Assembly (NCBI GenBank): GCA_963753975.1 | Contig: CAVWEH010000005.1 | Coordinates: 96,001-160,000 of the forward strand | Source of the DNA: an uncultured delta proteobacterium | GTDB lineage: Bacteria > Desulfobacterota > Syntrophia > Syntrophales > Smithellaceae | Direction of reading: 5' to 3' | DNA length: 64,000 nucleotides | In this document: positions 62,488 to 64,000 of the stretch, piece after piece | How positions within the stretch are numbered: the stretch's first letter is position 1 | Layout of the letters: every line of letters starts with the position of its first letter | Notes under the pieces: generated by a model | The model's database searches: none | Seen by the model: the letters and a program-made list of their open reading frames with translations, nothing else | Told to the model about the DNA's origin: nothing | Made by a program: the position numbers and the translations under genes

Positions 62488-63765
62488 ATGGCAAAGGTTC
62501 AAGTATTTGAAAAAAGACCGCCGGTGCTCGGCATCAACAGTTTAGGCCGCATCGGTAAGCTGACATTGTGGCACCATGTGGGAAGAAAGTATTTTAAAGA
62601 AATTGTTGTCAACCTCGGACGGGAAGTAGGAACGGGGTTTGAAGCTATAGCACAGATGATCGAGAAGGACGCGACCTATGGATTACTCCATAGATTTCTC
62701 TACGGCATAAAAGCAGAGCGCGTTATTCAGATCGTGGATGAAAAAAAAGGCAAAATGCTCATCGACGGGGTCCCGGTGACAGTGCTGCGGGAAGCCCGAA
62801 ATCCGGCTGATATTCCCTGGCGCGAATACGGCGCCGATATTGTCGTCGATTGCACGGGAAAATTCAAAGATCCGACAATATCCCCGGATGATAAAAAGGG
62901 CTCTATTCGGGGACATTTTCACGGCGGGGCAAAGGTCGTTATCAATTCCTCCCCTTTTAAAATAAAAAATAAAGCTTTATCCATGCCCGACGACGCAGTA
63001 ACTTTGATTTACGGAATCAACCATGCCGCTTTCGATCAGAAGAAACACCAGCTTATTTCCGCGGCTTCCTGCACAACCACTGGGCTCGCCCACATGATTA
63101 AACCTCTACTCGAACACGAGGAAACAAATACAATACTCACGGCCTCCATGTCGACCATCCATGCCGTTACCAATTCGCAGAGCGCGCTGGACAGTGTTCC
63201 CAAGGCCGGAGAGAAAGACCTGAGAAAAAACAGAAGCATCCTCAATAACATAATCCTGACTTCCACGAATGCGGCGGAAGCTCTGGGACAGGTAATTCCG
63301 GAGGTAAAAAACATCGGTTTTATGGCCGACTCCATCAGAGTGCCGACCAACACCCTTTCTTTAATTGTTCTGAACGCTACTTTTCAAACGCGCGTAAATA
63401 AGGATGGTGTTGCCGCGGCTATCGATACAAAAACAATAAATGGTATTTACCGAAAAGCCGCCCAGAGCAATCCCGAACACTTAATCATATTTACCATGGA
63501 GCAGAATGTTTCCACCGACCTTATCGGAGTGGACGCGGCGGTAATTATCGAGGGGCAATTCAACCACATCAGAACAGCCTTTATTAATGTAGACCTCTCT
63601 CATATTCCGAATTTACCCCACGGCCTGCTCCAGACTTTTGCCGAAAAAACGATGAAAATACCGGTTGTTCACGCGAAGATTTTTGGCTGGTACGACAACG
63701 AATTCGGCAGCTACACAAACAGGGTGGGAGACCTGACGGTCTTTATTCATAAGAACATGTTGTAG
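62488..63765 (+). CDS. Atypical long glyceraldehyde-3-phosphate dehydrogenase family protein
   Basis: GINSLGRIG, ASCTTT, RVPT, WYDNEFG; ATG 62488 after AAGGAGG. Confidence 0.85.
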   Translation: MAKVQVFEKRPPVLGINSLGRIGKLTLWHHVGRKYFKEIVVNLGREVGTGFEAIAQMIEKDATYGLLHRFLYGIKAERVIQIVDEKKGKMLIDGVPVTVLREARNPADIPWREYGADIVVDCTGKFKDPTISPDDKKGSIRGHFHGGAKVVINSSPFKIKNKALSMPDDAVTLIYGINHAAFDQKKHQLISAASCTTTGLAHMIKPLLEHEETNTILTASMSTIHAVTNSQSALDSVPKAGEKDLRKNRSILNNIILTSTNAAEALGQVIPEVKNIGFMADSIRVPTNTLSLIVLNATFQTRVNKDGVAAAIDTKTINGIYRKAAQSNPEHLIIFTMEQNVSTDLIGVDAAVIIEGQFNHIRTAFINVDLSHIPNLPHGLLQTFAEKTMKIPVVHAKIFGWYDNEFGSYTNRVGDLTVFIHKNML

Positions 63766-63803
63766 AAAAAGTCAATTCATCAACAGCCTGATGATTTTAG
63801 CCT

Positions 63804-64000
63804 TTAGAGGATTATATTACGCGATTCTTCCGATGCGCATTCGTGCTTTCCGGAATAGACTGTCCCGCTCCAACCATCTATGCACACGAAATCTCCGGCG
63901 GTGATTTTGCAGCTATCCACTGACGCAAAACCGGCGGTTTCGTAAACTTTGAGTTTACTGAATCCGACAACGCCGACTTTGTTGAGTTGAGGAATTGTAA
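63804..64000 (-). CDS. 3' end of a PEP-utilising mobile-domain (PPDK/PEP synthase-like) protein, partial
   Basis: Manual translation TIPQLNKVGVVG...GDFVCIDGWSGTVYSG...IIL*. Confidence 0.6.
   Translation of the reverse strand, partial: TIPQLNKVGVVGFSKLKVYETAGFASVDSCKITAGDFVCIDGWSGTVYSGKHECASEESRNIIL

Overview
Bacterial chromosomal window of mostly anaerobic fatty-acid/acyl-CoA and central carbon metabolism. The gene content suggests a syntrophic Deltaproteobacterium such as Smithella/Syntrophales (inference only). It holds crotonase, thiolase, MaoC, two acyl-CoA ligases, an SCP2-flanked Fe-ADH/aldehyde:ferredoxin oxidoreductase operon, PEPCK, PPDK, a eukaryote-type PFK-2/FBPase-2, an ADP-forming acyl-CoA synthetase with a split methylmalonyl-CoA mutase and epimerase, a 2-hydroxyacyl-CoA dehydratase cluster, pyk-gap-pgk-tpi, a second atypical GAPDH and transporters. 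AT-rich accessory inserts include an NDT-like/P-loop ATPase gene (716-3112), an orphan gene inside the dehydratase operon, and a Panacea/MazF-like toxin-antitoxin islet (53093-55915). The most unusual signal is an unannotated non-coding element in two dispersed copies (about 434-612 on + and 40499-40679 on -). Each copy has tandem hairpin units with conserved internal-loop bases and compensatory stem changes, and one copy lies directly upstream of the defence-like ATPase gene. Several housekeeping genes carry single-base insertions that look like assembly errors. I recognised no rRNA, tRNA or CRISPR array.
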